Positions 1 to 38,245 of a stretch of DNA of 64,000 bases are shown one piece after another. Every line of letters begins with the position of its first letter. Within the stretch, counting starts at the first letter, position 1. Both the position numbers and the translations under genes were made by a program. The DNA is from a virus (lineage: Duplodnaviria > Caudoviricetes): IMG/VR virus record IMGVR_UViG_3300028139_000001, positions 19,516-83,515 of that record; one strand, written 5' to 3'. Below the pieces are notes generated by a model. It was not told where the DNA came from. It saw nothing but the letters and a program-made list of their open reading frames with translations, and made no database searches.

Positions 1-37
1 GCCTCCCTCAAGCTGAGCCCAGCCCTTCGGCTAGTTT
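1..37 (-). repeat. GC-rich hairpin repeat, truncated by window edge
   Basis: Reverse complement of 22290-22326 with one mismatch. Confidence 0.8.
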
Positions 38-345
38 GTTAAAAAAAAACTTTTTAGAATTAAATTCATAACATGTAATAATAGATCTATTATTTAGATT
101 ATTCTAAAAAAAGAATCTAGGGCTAACCCATCCAACATTATTACACTTTACTGAGAAATTGGCAAATTCTAGTAGGGTCTATTTTTATATTATAATATAT
201 ATAATATTTATTTTACCTGTTGTTATCTAAAATAATAAACAATTTATACATAAAAATTTTTTTATAGCAAGTTATTTTACGTAGTTATATTAGATTAAAA
301 ATATTTTATTACATTTAAAAAGCCTATATATTATTTAAAATAAAG

Positions 346-415
346 GGATATGTTGCATAGGGCTATGCATTTTGATTGCAGATCATATATATAAGGTTCA
401 ACTCCTTCATATCCT
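346..415 (+). tRNA. trnC: tRNA-Cys (GCA)
   Basis: Cloverleaf by eye: acceptor GGATATG/CATATCC, D stem GCAT/ATGC, anticodon loop TT-GCA-GA, T arm AAGG-TTCAACT-CCTT. Confidence 0.85.
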
Positions 416-1096
416 TCATATCCTTTTATTGTAGGATAAAACCTATTTTTAGGCAGGATAAAAAAGGGAGGAAGAAAAAAAAAAACGATAATTTTCTTTT
501 TTTTTACATAGAAAAAGTTATTTTAGATGTATTGTACGAACGCATAAATTATCAGGAGCTAAAAAAAACAAATTTTTAGAATAATTTCACTTACACAAAC
601 ACATACTATATCAGGGATCTAAAATAATAAATTAGACGATTTTTTTTCTAAATACTTTTGTGGTTATGTAGATTAATAGATTAATAGGTTTTTACTATAA
701 AAAGAATATAAAGTTTTTTTTGCTTTTTTTTTTCTTTAAAAAAAATAAAAAGCTAAAATCTAATTTCTTATTAAAAAATAAGTAAGGAAAGTAGATTAAA
801 CAGTAAATTGTGATAAATATAGTTTATAGTATTATAAACCTACATTTTTATCACTAGTACCTAAAAAAGTATAATAAACTGTAGTAAAATTGTCTTTTTT
901 AGCAATATATATACTAACAGGTACTAACAGTATCAGTATCAGTATTATATATAACTACACTTGTCCGTTAAAAAAAATTATGACTGTTTGTAAGAAAAAA
1001 GAGCCTTGTTGGAATTGATCAGGAAGCGGTAATATAGTACCCATCTACGAAGATGGAAAAAAAAATGATTTTTGGTTACAAAGATCAGGAATTAGT

Positions 1097-27006
<25,910 letters not shown>

Positions 27007-27165
27007 AGTCCTTGTCCTACTAGTCGTCGTTGTTTTTTACTTAGTTGTAGTGAGCATTGTACGAACTTAGTTAATTTTATTGTTAACAATAAAATTATTC
27101 GTTCTAGTATATTAGTGCTTTTTGTAGTTGGAGTATTTTTACTATTTACACCTGGAGTTAGTTGT
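27007..27165 (+). other. In-frame 53-codon linker joining Cox1 to Cox2
   Basis: ...LPLQS-SPCPTSRRCFLLSCSEHC...[26 protein letters not shown]; no stop codon and no ATG. Confidence 0.9.
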
Positions 27166-30100
27166 GATGCACCTAGAGCTTGAGGACTTTACTTCCAAGA
27201 TAGTGCTAGTCCACAAATGGAAGCGATAGTAGAATTACATGACAACATTATGTTTTACTTAGTAGCCATTTTATTAGCTGTTGGGTGATTACAAGCAGCT
27301 ATAATTAGAAACTTTGATAGTTCTAAATCTCCTATTAGTCTTAAATATCTTAAACACGGTACACTTATAGAGTTAATCTGGACAATAACTCCAGCATTAA
27401 TATTAGTACTAATAGCTTTCCCTTCTTTTAAATTATTATATTTAATGGACGAAGTTACAGATCCTTCAATGTCTGTATTAGCAGAGGGTAATTTAGATGG
27501 CCCTAAATCGTATACACTATATAAAAACGAAGACATGATAGCACTAGCTGTTAAAAATATAAATATGCTGGCATTTCCTATTATTGGTAAAAGAAATAAT
27601 ACCATTAAAAGTTTATGCCTTAACCAAATGAAAACTTTAACACTTAACCGAATGTTCTATAATAGAGTTAAAGCTCCTTCTAGAATAGGTCCACATGACT
27701 GAGACGTAATTTCAGTTATAGTTGGTTCACTATTAGGCTTAAATAAAAGAAAATATTGTTCTAATCATATAGATTTATTCAAAGATAATAAATTGCAATA
27801 TAGATTACATCCTAATTGAATAACAGGTTTCACTGATGCAGAAGAAACATTTATTATTTCTATACTTAAAAGTAAAGATAGAGCATTAAATTGAAAAGTA
27901 ACCCCTATATTTGCAATAGAACTTCATGGTAAAGATATAAATTTATTACAAATAATTAAGCTCTTTTTTGGAGTAGGTAATATAATAATTAGTAAAAGAA
28001 ACGGACACGCTATATATTCTGTAAAGTCTGCAAAAGATATTTATTCTTCTATTATACCACACTTTAAGAATTACCCTTTATTCACTCAAAAACAAGCAGA
28101 TTTTATTTTGTTTACAAATATTGTAGAACTAATTATTCAAAAACAACATCTATCAGAAGAAGGATTAATAAAAATTATAGCCTTGTGAGCTTCTATTAAT
28201 AAAGGCTTATCTTCTGAGTTATCTAAATCCTTTGCAAATATTAAACCTATTGCAAGACCTGTAGTTTTATTACCGGGTAACTTTAATATGTTTTGATTTA
28301 CTGGGTTTATTGACGGAGATGGTTCTTTTTTTATAAATATTACTAAAGGTAAAACTAAGATAGGTTATGTTATAAGTTTGAATTTTAATGTTACTCAACA
28401 TATTTGTGACAGTGTATTATTTCATTTTATCCGAAAAGGACTAGGTTGCGGTATTGTTTTTGAAATTAGAAAGGATAATAGAGTTAATATTGTTGTAAAT
28501 AAATTTACAGATATAACAAATATAATCATTCCTCAGCGCAGCAGACTCAGTCTTCGAGACGTTGTCTCGAAGACGCCGAGGATTTTTGATAAACATTATT
28601 TACAAAGTACCAAACTTTATGATTTTAAAGATTTTAGATTAGCTGCGGATTTGATAGAAAAAAAGGAACATTTAACTATTAAAGGTTTAGAAAAAATGAG
28701 AGAAATAAAATCTGGTATGAATACAGGAAGACAACATAGTGGATTGTCTATAGAAAATTCTAATATAAAAACTAATTTATTTATTGCTCAAAAAAGAAGT
28801 TTTCATACTAATGTAAAAGCTATTAATAGAATAGGACCTCACAATAGTGATATTATTTCTGTTATAGTTGGATCATTATTAGGTAAAGCTAAAGTCATAA
28901 GATCCATAGGAGGTACTAGGCTTTGTTATAGACAAAGTTCTTTACATAAAGAATATTTATTTTGACAATACAATTTTTATTTAACCAGAAGATATTGTTC
29001 TAACTCACAGCCTAGGTTGTATAAAAGAGAACTAAAAAATAAAGGTGGTGACAATAAAATTTATTTTGGTTATGAATTCTATACTTATTATTTTAGAAGT
29101 TTTAATTGAATCCATAAAATGTTTTACCATAAAGGAAAAAAGGTACTAAAAATGGAATCTAAATATTTTACTCCTCTCTCTTTAGCTGTGTTTTGTATGT
29201 CTAGTGGTAAGTACATAAACAATAAAATAGAATTATCCACTAAATTTAATAAAGAGAGCGATATAGATAAATTAGTTAACATATTAATAAATTGTTTTGG
29301 TATTTATTGTAATAAAAAAAAATGTTTAGGTAGAAAAGAGTTTTATACTATAATAATTCCTAAAAAGTCGGTAAAGCTATTACAAGCTATTGTTTTACCT
29401 CATATTCCATGCAATATTTACAGTAAACTATTTTATGGACATTCCCATAGAGTTAGCTTGGGCAGTGGTTTTAAACGTTTATCTTCTTTTATTAAAAATA
29501 GTAAAGGATACTCTAATAAAAGAGGTCTTCATACTATTAATAAAGCTAACACAAAAATTTCTCTTAATCCTTTTTGAATTACGGGTTTCGCAGATGGTGA
29601 AGCTAAGCTAATTTCACAATATTGATCACTAAAAGTAAATCATTAAAATTAGGTGTAAGAGTACAGCCGTCTTTCCAAATTTGTCTACATTTAAAAGATG
29701 TAGACTTATTAAGAAGATTAAAAAGCTATTGAGGGGTAGGTGATGTTTATTTACAGAATAATTATTGTATATACATGGTTAATTCTTTTAAAGATATTCC
29801 TATTATAATAGCACATTTTGACAAATATCCTCTTTTTTAAGTCAAAAACAAGCGGATTTTAATTTGTTTAAACAAGTATTTTATTTAATACTTGAAAAGC
29901 AACATTTAACTTCTGAAGGTTTGTTAAAAATAGTTAGTATTAAGACATCATCTAATTTAGGTTTACCTGACCGTTTGAAAGAGCAGTTTCCAAGTATAGT
30001 ACCTGTAGTGAGACCTGAAGTTACAGATCAAACAATTAAAGATCCAAACTGAATATCAGGATTTACAGCAGGTGAAGCTTGTTTTAGAATTAAAATTAAT

Positions 30101-33100
30101 AAATCTAAAACTAAAATAGGACATACTGTATGATTAAAATTTACAATAGCTCAACATGTTAGAGATGTTAAGTTACTTAATAGTTTAATTGACTATTTAG
30201 GGTGTGGATCTATAAACAAAGCAAACAACTGTATTGAGTTTGTTGTGACAGGTTTTACCGATATTCGTTTTAAAATTATACCTCAGCGCAGCAGCCTCAG
30301 TCTTCGAGACGTTGTCTCGAAGACGCAGACGCCGAGGTTTTTTGAAAAATACCCTTTTCATAGTGCAAAGAGTTATGATTTTCAGGATTTTTGTATAGCA
30401 GCTAAATTAATAGAGGAAAAAGCTCATTTAACTCAACAAGGTTTTGAAAAATTATTAGCTTTAAAACAAGGTATGAACAGAGGTAGAGAGGAGTAAAATA
30501 TGTTAACGGAGATATAATCAATTACATTACACCTTTATCGTTAGCTATCTGAATTTCAGATAACGGAGGTTGAGCTAAACCTGGTGTAAGAATAGCTACA
30601 AATAATTTTAAATTACATGAAGTAGAATTTCTAGTTAAACTTATCCAAAGTAAATTTCTTTTAGAATGTATTATTCAAACAGATGGGTCAAAATCTTAGA
30701 ATAACAAAACTATTTATATTAATGCTAGTTCAGTTTCCAGATTGAGGGAGCTAGTCTTGCCTTATTTACATACTTCTATGCGTTATAAGCTAGGTCTATA
30801 AAAATAAACTTATTTTTTTTTTATAAAGCTCTTCTAATATATAGGTATACGATAGTCGAGAGGTAAAACATGGTTTTACTTCTAAGTTTCCGACAGGATT
30901 CTTAGAAAAAAGGTTAGTCTTTTTGTTAGTGTATTATTTTATTAAAATTTTATTTCTAATAAGTTAAAAGATTAGTTTTTTTTCTGGCAACACAAGTGTA
31001 AACAGTTAAATATTATTATTTTCAATATCACACCTTAGAGGATATCCTAGGTGGCAGATGATAATACAAGACTGTCTGAGATAATTATTATTATTTTGGC
31101 AACAGACTGGGTCACTTGTGGGTGTCATTATATTGTCACTTGTAAGTGTAAATATATCTGATGCTTATTGTACAGTCGATAGTTCACTATAAAATGCTTT
31201 ATTTAATATTTCTATTTTAGTTATTTGAAATACACTTTGTAGAGAATAAAATAGCCATTAAGATAGCTGAAACCATTTGATAAATAGGATCCTAATAAAC
31301 ACCTTTTTCATATGGTTAGAAGCAGTAAATTTAGCGTTTAATTTAAAGTAGGTTAGTTTTGCACCAATGATATTGAAATTACGAATACCCAGATTTCTTA
31401 AACAATGATGGAGATTTCGTTGAGTTTGATTCTTACTCGGTAGAATTGGATTCGATTCAACTTAAATCTACTTTACCGTCATTTAATCAATTAAATGCGT
31501 CATTAGATTTACCTAGCCCTCCTACCAGAAATATAACGTATTATCCGGACAACGATCTTTTTGAAAGGCTTGAAAAACAAAAGAATCATAATTTATATAA
31601 GCCATTTAATTATGATAGTCCTCGTTGAGATAGTGATAGAATACTAGATCAAACTCTTAAAGATAGAGCTGTGTGTCTTGCAGAAAAATCTGGAAATTTG
31701 GGTAAAGATGGTTACTACATAAAGGAATATACTACTGGTTCAAAAAAAGGTCAGAGGGTCGTTTGTTTGAACAATAATAGTATCATTGCGGCACGTTTGT
31801 TGGAAATAATAAAAAAATAAAATATATAAGCTGTAGGTTAGTTTTGCACCAATGATATTGAAGTTACGAATACCCAGATTTCTTAAACAGTGATGGTGAT
31901 TTCATTGAGTTTGATTCATACTTAGTTCCTGAATCTGATTTAGAAGATGGAGCGTTAAGAATGTTAGAAGTAGATAACCGTGTTATCCTTCCTGAAATTA
32001 CACACACTAGATTTATTCTTACTGCTGCAGATGAACTGAGTACCTTTAGCAAGTAACTCTTAACGTCTATACATTATCAAATTCCGGGGACACCCTAAAG
32101 ACCTTTTAACTAAACGTTTATCTCAAAAGGTTAAACGTGGCTATGTTAATGACCATAGGTATAGTAATATAAAAAGGTATATACGAAAGTTAAATGGGTT
32201 ATCGTGGATCTAAATCACCTAGTTACCTTATTTGGTAACCCTACAATCTTGTAATTCACGCTACAGCTGCAAAGAAAGATTGCTAGGCTACATCATTATA
32301 GTGCAGTAGGTTGTAAAAGAGCAACGAGTAGACGGTAGTGGTCTATAATAGTAAAAAAGGGTTACACTCAACTATTATAGATTAAGGTATACTCTAGTCG
32401 ACCTGATAATAGGTCGTTGGGTTTATAGCTATACCTAAAATCTAAATATTCTAATTATTAATTAATTAACGCAATGGAGTAATGATTATGTTATTTGGCG
32501 GTGGTACATATGGGCAGAGATTTTTAAATAAAATGAAACCAGATTATTAGATCATGGTAAAGTAAGCTCTCGGTTAAGTGTTCTTTTACTTTACTAGTGG
32601 TAAATAAATATTCTGGATACCCTGGACCACGTAATCTAGTTTCTGTGCTTAAATACAGTATTCTTTTTAGAAGAACAAGAACTCTACCCAGTATCTATGG
32701 TTGTAGGTTTTATTCGGAAAATAACCACAATCGTATCACAAGTGAAGTGATTAATAAAGTACTATCTAATCAAGGTGTTTCTATTACACAAAAGGAACTG
32801 AATGTTTTGTTAACTATTAAGGGTGTAACTTTTGACTTACCCTTCAATAGTCAAACATTACCAGCTTTATTTGGTTTGGTAGGTAAACCTAAAAGCAGAA
32901 GACCTAAATCCGGTATATATATTTTTACACACTTAGCTACAGGTAGAAAATATGTGGGGTCAAGTAATAGTATTTCAAGAAGATTAGAACAATATTTTAA
33001 CCCTAATCCTTTATTTTATAAGGAATATGGTTTATTACTTCCTTTGATTAAAAAAGAAGGGGTAAGTAACTGCTTTTAATCTGGAAATATATGTTATGCC

Positions 33101-36100
33101 GGAGGAATTAAGCTCAGATTATAACTTTTTGTTTTTGGAGCAATATCACTTATTAGATAGTAATTTTAACTTAAATACTCAAAGAGTTGTTAATTTTAGA
33201 GTTAATCAAGGAAATACTGTTTATCTATATGATTTTGAGGGTAAGATTTCATATTACACTGCAACTTCTTTAAATGGATTGAAAGCTCATTTAGGTATTC
33301 ATCATTCTACTGTTACAAAATGTATAAAAACCGGATTACTTTATCTAGATTATTTCATAATTACAGATCAACTAAAATCAGATGCAAAAAAAGCTGGTTT
33401 ATCTTTAGAAGAGTTATCTAATTTTATTTCGGACAAAAGATCTTTATTTCGGCTTCGCTTAAAAAAAAAAGAAATGTGCAACAGTTCTTTTTTTTTTTTT
33501 ACCCAGTCTTCGTTTTGAAAGAACGACGACGCCGGGGCTAAAAAAATATTTTTCTTTGAAAAACAGTAAATCAATCTATATTAAACAAGATGTTACAGGA
33601 GTAACACACAATTTTCCTAGCATAACATCATTAGTTAAATACTTTGATAGAATAGATATTAAGGCTAACCGTAATAAGATAGCTAGTTGTTTAAATACCA
33701 ACGAATCTTATTTAGGTTACACTTACTATACTGATACAACCTAAATATTACCAAACTATAAACATTTGGTGATTACTAGCCTATAAATAATAGAGTTCGA
33801 GTTCCAACAAAGTGTTATAATAATAAAATATTTAGATCATGGAAAAGTAAACTATCGGTTATCCATTCATTTGCGATTCCAGCATTAGGAGTAAAGTGTG
33901 ATGCATACCCGGGTAGATTAAACCAATTCTCTGTTCTTATTAACAGATTAGGAACATTTTATGGTCTTATGGCCTAAACTTTAGTGAACCTTGAGTTCTA
34001 AACTATCAAATTGTCGGGAACGCCCTAAAGCTTTCATAACCAAGTAAGAGTAGTAATACATTTTATGGCGCAGGTAATGACTCGCGGTATGGTGAAATCA
34101 TGAGAGATAATTTAATGGGTAATCCGCAGCCAAGTACCTAGTATTTTTTTATTTTTTTTTTTTATTAGGTATGCAGTTCATAGACTAGACGGTAGTTGGT
34201 ATTATTACCATTATAATGCTTAAGATATAGTCAAACCCCTCCTGAAAAGGTGCAGGAAAGTATAATTATTATATTTTTTGTTAATTAAACATACATATTT
34301 GTTAGTTTGTTTAGGGATAAATTTTTACGATCGTTTGCTAAATTTTCATTTTAATGTGTATAATTTTTAAGTTATTATAATTAATTGTATTTTATATTTT
34401 TATTATAACATTTTCAATCTTAAAGTTGTTTATTATAGTATTATAATGCATAAGTTAATTAATAATTATCTTTTATTAGATTCAAGTATAAGTATATTAA
34501 TTTTTAAAAGAACTTATAATACTACTGCTACTAAACAATCTGAAGAATTTAATCCAGAATTCTTAGCGTTAGAACATATTAATAGTGGGAATCCTACAAC
34601 TGCTTCAGTAATTAATAATATATTGTTAAATCAAGCTATCGCTGTTACTGATTCTAAATTAAAAGATTTATTAAAAGTTGAAGGTGTAGGATTTAACTTA
34701 TATTTATCTAGTTCCCCTGTAGCAAAAGAAGATTATAAACTTTTTTCAAAGTTAACAGGTAATTCTAGCTATAAAGGACATTCGGGTGTGTATATGTTTA
34801 TCCACAAGACAACAGGTCAAAAATATGTTGGTTCTTCTAATTTGTTAAGACGTAGAATGGATTATTACTTTAAGGGAGATTTTTTTTCTTTAACGGGTAA
34901 ATTCTTACCATTGCTAACTCAAAAAGGATTAGGTGCTTTTAAATTAATTATCTTTAAGTTAGATAATAATAAATTTAATGTTAAAAATGCGTTAATTTTA
35001 GAACAATATCATTTATTAAGTAAAGAATTTGATCTAAATACTTTAAGAGTAATTAATGCAGGGTCTTCAAAAGGTGAAAGTGTTTATGTTTATGATTTAA
35101 CTTGTAGTACTCTTTATTATCATGCTTGCTCAAGAATTGAGTTAAAAAGAAGATTAAAAGTTCACCCAGAAACATGTAAAAAATTTTTAGATTCAAATCT
35201 TCCTTATCTTAATAGATTTTTATTATTAAGTGGTTTAATATCTACTGCGGTTAAAAGTAATATGTCTGTTCTAGAATTACTTGAAATAATGCAAAAAGAA
35301 AGACAAATTACGTATACATGAGGTACACGAAGAAATATTTCCGTTATCTTAGAAATTAAAGATGGGAATAAATTTGTAGATACTTGAGGCCAAACTCTTA
35401 AATTTGAGTCTATAACTACATGTATTAACTACTTAAGAGATCTAAGGTTAATTATAAAAAGAGAAACTCTTTCTAAATATATAAAAATTGAAAAAGAGTT
35501 CCACCATTTTTTATGTAAATATTCTGATAGTACTAAACCTGATAATTTTGAAGAAGTAGGATTAATTATAGATGAATACAAAAAATTATGAAAACAAGAA
35601 TTAGTTGATATTCCTGGTTAATAAAAAAAAAATAGACCTGTATTAGTAAAAGGTCCTTATTTTGAAAAAGAGTTTGAAACTATTACAGATACAATTAAAT
35701 ATTTTGAGTCTATTGGTATTAAATTAGATAGGAAGTATTTAACTATTAAATTAAAAAATGGTGAACCCTATAAAGGATATTATTTTAAGTAAAAAAATTT
35801 AACATTAAAAATCATAAAAAAAATTTGCAATGTTTAATTTTAAATGTTAAATAAAAACCCCCAAAGAGAAGGTTCTCCGTTTTCTTATAGAGGTTATTGT
35901 CATAATAGAAGCTATAGTACTAATGATTATATAAATAAACTTAGTGAAAAAGTAAAAACGGAGTATGACAATTTACCAGATTACTCTGTAATTAAACGCC
36001 CAGAATCTTTGGTTTATTCTAGAATGGTTTTGTCTTATTCAGATGTAATTGTAACTTTATATGGTTTAGTTCCTAATAAAGAAATGAAAGATTATTTTCA

Positions 36101-37247
36101 TATTCCGGAAAATTGTAATTTACCCGGTATATACTGTTTTATAAGTAAAGATGGTTTATCTTATTATATAGGGTCGTCTTTGAATATGCGAACTAGATAT
36201 AATCGTCATTTGTTTAATTTAAAACAGAATTCGGATTCTAATTAAAGATATTCTGAAGCTAACCCTAAATTTTATAATTATATGAATAAATATGGCTTAG
36301 ATAGTTTATCTTTTTGCTGTTTATTAGTAATAAAAACTATCTTGGCATGTTTACCGGATTTAACCTTTCTGAAGAAGAAAAGGGGGTTTTAACTGCACTA
36401 ATGCAATTAGATCTCTTAATTACTGAACAATTTTTTTTTAGATACTTTCGGTTTTTCATTAAATGTTGCTCCAAAAGCAGGTACGAGAGAAAATAGTATA
36501 TTGTCTGATGAAACCAGAAAAAAAAATGAGTGATGCTCATCTAAACTTAGATATTACGCTTTCGGAAGACCAATGAAAAGCAATTAGAGCTAAAGCTGCT
36601 GAAGCTTGAGCGAAGGAAATACCAGAAAGCGAAAGAAGAATAGCTATAAATTAATTTAACGGTAGAGCTGTAATTGTAAAAGACTCTAATCAAAAAGTAA
36701 TTGGAGAATTTAATTCTATAGTAAAAGTAGTGGAATATTTACATGTTAATCGTAATAAAAATAAGTCTTTATCTAAAGTCAGGGGATTTATTGGAGAGTA
36801 GAATAGGACCTGTACTATTGATAGAAAAAGAGGGCTCAGTTAGTGAGCGTTTCTATAAAATCCAAGTTTTGGATATAAATAGAAATCTATTGGATACCTA
36901 CAGTAGCTTAAGGGCTGCAGCTAAAAGTTTGGGTATTTCCCCTTCTTCCTTTAGTACAACCCACTCCGGTAGGAGTAGGTTATGTAAAGGTAAATACTAC
37001 TTTATAAAATGTGTATAATCTTCTTTATATTCTATTTATATACAAATGTCTTTTCACCCAGAATATTAATTAAAGTGCTTATCTGTCTAATTCATAATTA
37101 TTAATAAATAAAATTGATTAATTACATTAAAATATCGTAAAAATCTTGCAATGTAGCGAAATTTGTGGAATTTTGCACAGTTCTATGCCCATTGTTGTAG
37201 AATCTGTATCTATTGAGAAATTCCTTTTGTGATTACAGGAGCAATAA
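27166..37247 (+). CDS. cox2: Cytochrome c oxidase subunit 2 (mature part); exons 27166-27489, 31847-32032, 33858-33965, 37149-37247
   Basis: [14 protein letters not shown]...EG|HQWYWSYEY...AAD|VIHSFA...YG|[13 protein letters not shown]...WLQEQ*; CuA ligands present. Confidence 0.95.
27490..29646 (+). CDS. In-frame fusion of nested LAGLIDADG endonucleases (~718 aa)
   Basis: RIGPHD...GSLLG stub, [20 protein letters not shown], second RIGPHN...GSLLG domain, then start of a third gene; open to TAA 29644-29646. Confidence 0.82.
28534..28581 (+). mobile_element. GC-rich hairpin element, family D (48 nt, in frame)
   Basis: CAGCGCAGCAGACTCA-GTCTTCGAGAC-GTT-GTCTCGAAGAC-GCCGAGG inserted after IIP. 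Confidence 0.9.
29520..30496 (+). pseudogene. LAGLIDADG endonuclease with frameshifts
   Basis: [11 protein letters not shown] and [12 protein letters not shown]. Confidence 0.8.
30284..30337 (+). mobile_element. GC-rich hairpin element, family D (54 nt, in frame)
   Basis: Near-identical to 28534-28581; inserted at IIP|FF. Confidence 0.9.
30500..30801 (+). pseudogene. Displaced C-terminus of the original cox2 intron 1 LAGLIDADG
   Basis: [16 protein letters not shown]...SMRYKLGL*. Confidence 0.75.
31362..31820 (+). CDS. Duplicate of cox2 exon 2 start (26 codons) fused to an unknown ~126-aa domain
   Basis: GTAGGTTAGTTTTG|CACCAATGATATTGA occurs at 31348 and again at 31833; frame open to TAA 31818-31820. 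Confidence 0.8.
32573..33744 (+). pseudogene. GIY-YIG endonuclease, frameshifted and hit by hairpin elements
   Basis: [20 protein letters not shown]; break near 33070; insert at 33450-33550. Confidence 0.8.
33450..33540 (+). repeat. Composite hairpin element (AT hairpin family I plus family D 3' end)
   Basis: CGGCTTCGCTT-A(n)-GAAATGTGCAACAGTTC-T(n)-ACCCAGTC...GCCGGGGCT; related copies at ~5020-5080 and 59997-60038 (reverse strand). Confidence 0.8.
34446..35621 (+). CDS. GIY-YIG endonuclease (tail frameshifted to ~35790)
   Basis: [19 protein letters not shown]; open to TAA 35619-35621. Confidence 0.85.
35828..37018 (+). pseudogene. Decayed GIY-YIG endonuclease
   Basis: [19 protein letters not shown]; multiple stops and frameshifts. 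Confidence 0.75.
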
Positions 37248-38182
37248 TGGTGTATATATTTAATATAGTTAAAAGGGTAAATAACTCTTGTGTCATATCA
37301 CAATCTAAATGCCATTATTTATCTAAACCTCACGTTTTTTCTTCTATGCCATTGCAAAGTGGTATATTTACTATTAATAGAAAATTTATTATTGGTTTAG
37401 TTAGTAGTATTATTACTGCTGCCATGGGCTACGGAATAAGACTGATTCTCTTGCATTATTTAGAACATGACGTTTTTACTGATTTAGATAACTGAATAGC
37501 TAGCTTGAGTTATTTTTGCTCTTTAGGTGCTATTCGCTTTGTAATTAATGAATGTCTTAAAGAAAATACTTTCCTAATGTCTTATTGTGGTGGTCCTATG
37601 GGAGTTTCTAACAATACAGCTGGAAGTGGTTCTTTACCTGTTGGTAGTAATGCAGCTGGGTATAATAGTTCTATGCAAGCTCCTAATTCTTCAGATATTG
37701 GTAATTATAGTGCCGGTTCTAGTTCTATTCCCGGTACTGCAGTACCGGGTAGTACTGCAGATCACAGTACTACTGGTTTAGGTAGTTCTAGTGGAGGTGA
37801 TGCTTCAATTACAAATGACCGTTCAAAATTAGAGCATAGAATTAGTAAAGTACAAGATAAAGTACAATACTTTGGGGAACAACTTGAAGGAGCTAAACAG
37901 GACTATAATGAAGTTATATCTAAACAATCTGAGTATGTAACCCACGGTAAAGCAGAGGAATGACAGAGGGAATATATTGAAGCTGTGTCTGCAGTAAAGG
38001 ATTCTGAAACCAATTTATCTAGTGAAATTAGAATGCACAATGTATTACAAAAAAAACTAGTAAACGGTGATTATTCTATGTCTGGTACATCTACTACTAC
38101 TAAACGTAGACTTAGTGATTGTTCTATGGCTAATTATGGTTCTAGTACACCCACTAATACTAAACGTACATCTGATGGTTAA
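37247..38182 (+). CDS. Hypothetical 311-aa membrane/coiled-coil protein carrying a Cox1-tail copy; ATG overlaps the cox2 TAA
   Basis: Track ORFs 37229, 37505 and 37985 are one frame; KPHVFSSMPLQS at 37325-37360. Confidence 0.85.
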
Positions 38183-38245
38183 TAACTACATTTGTGTAGT
38201 TAAAAAGCTTACTGATATTATTTTTTATAATATCAGTTAACGATG

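Larger units (their letters stand above)
27490..31846 (+). mobile_element. cox2 intron 1 (group I, ID-type core at 31040-31185), composite
   Basis: Splits GGT|CAC; CAACAGACTGGGTCAC...GATGCTTATTGTACAGTCG. Confidence 0.88.
32033..33857 (+). mobile_element. cox2 intron 2 (group I, IC2-like core)
   Basis: Splits GAT|GTT; AAATTCCGGGGACACC, GAGCAACGAGTAGACGG, AAGGTATACTC. Confidence 0.9.
33966..37148 (+). mobile_element. cox2 intron 3 (group I, IC-type core)
   Basis: Splits GGT|CAA; AAATTGTCGGGAA, AATCCGCAGC, GTTCATAGACTAGA, AAGATATAGTC. Confidence 0.9.

Noticed and set aside
376-579. 67-aa ORF
   Set aside because: Starts inside trnC; low-complexity poly-A/T translation.
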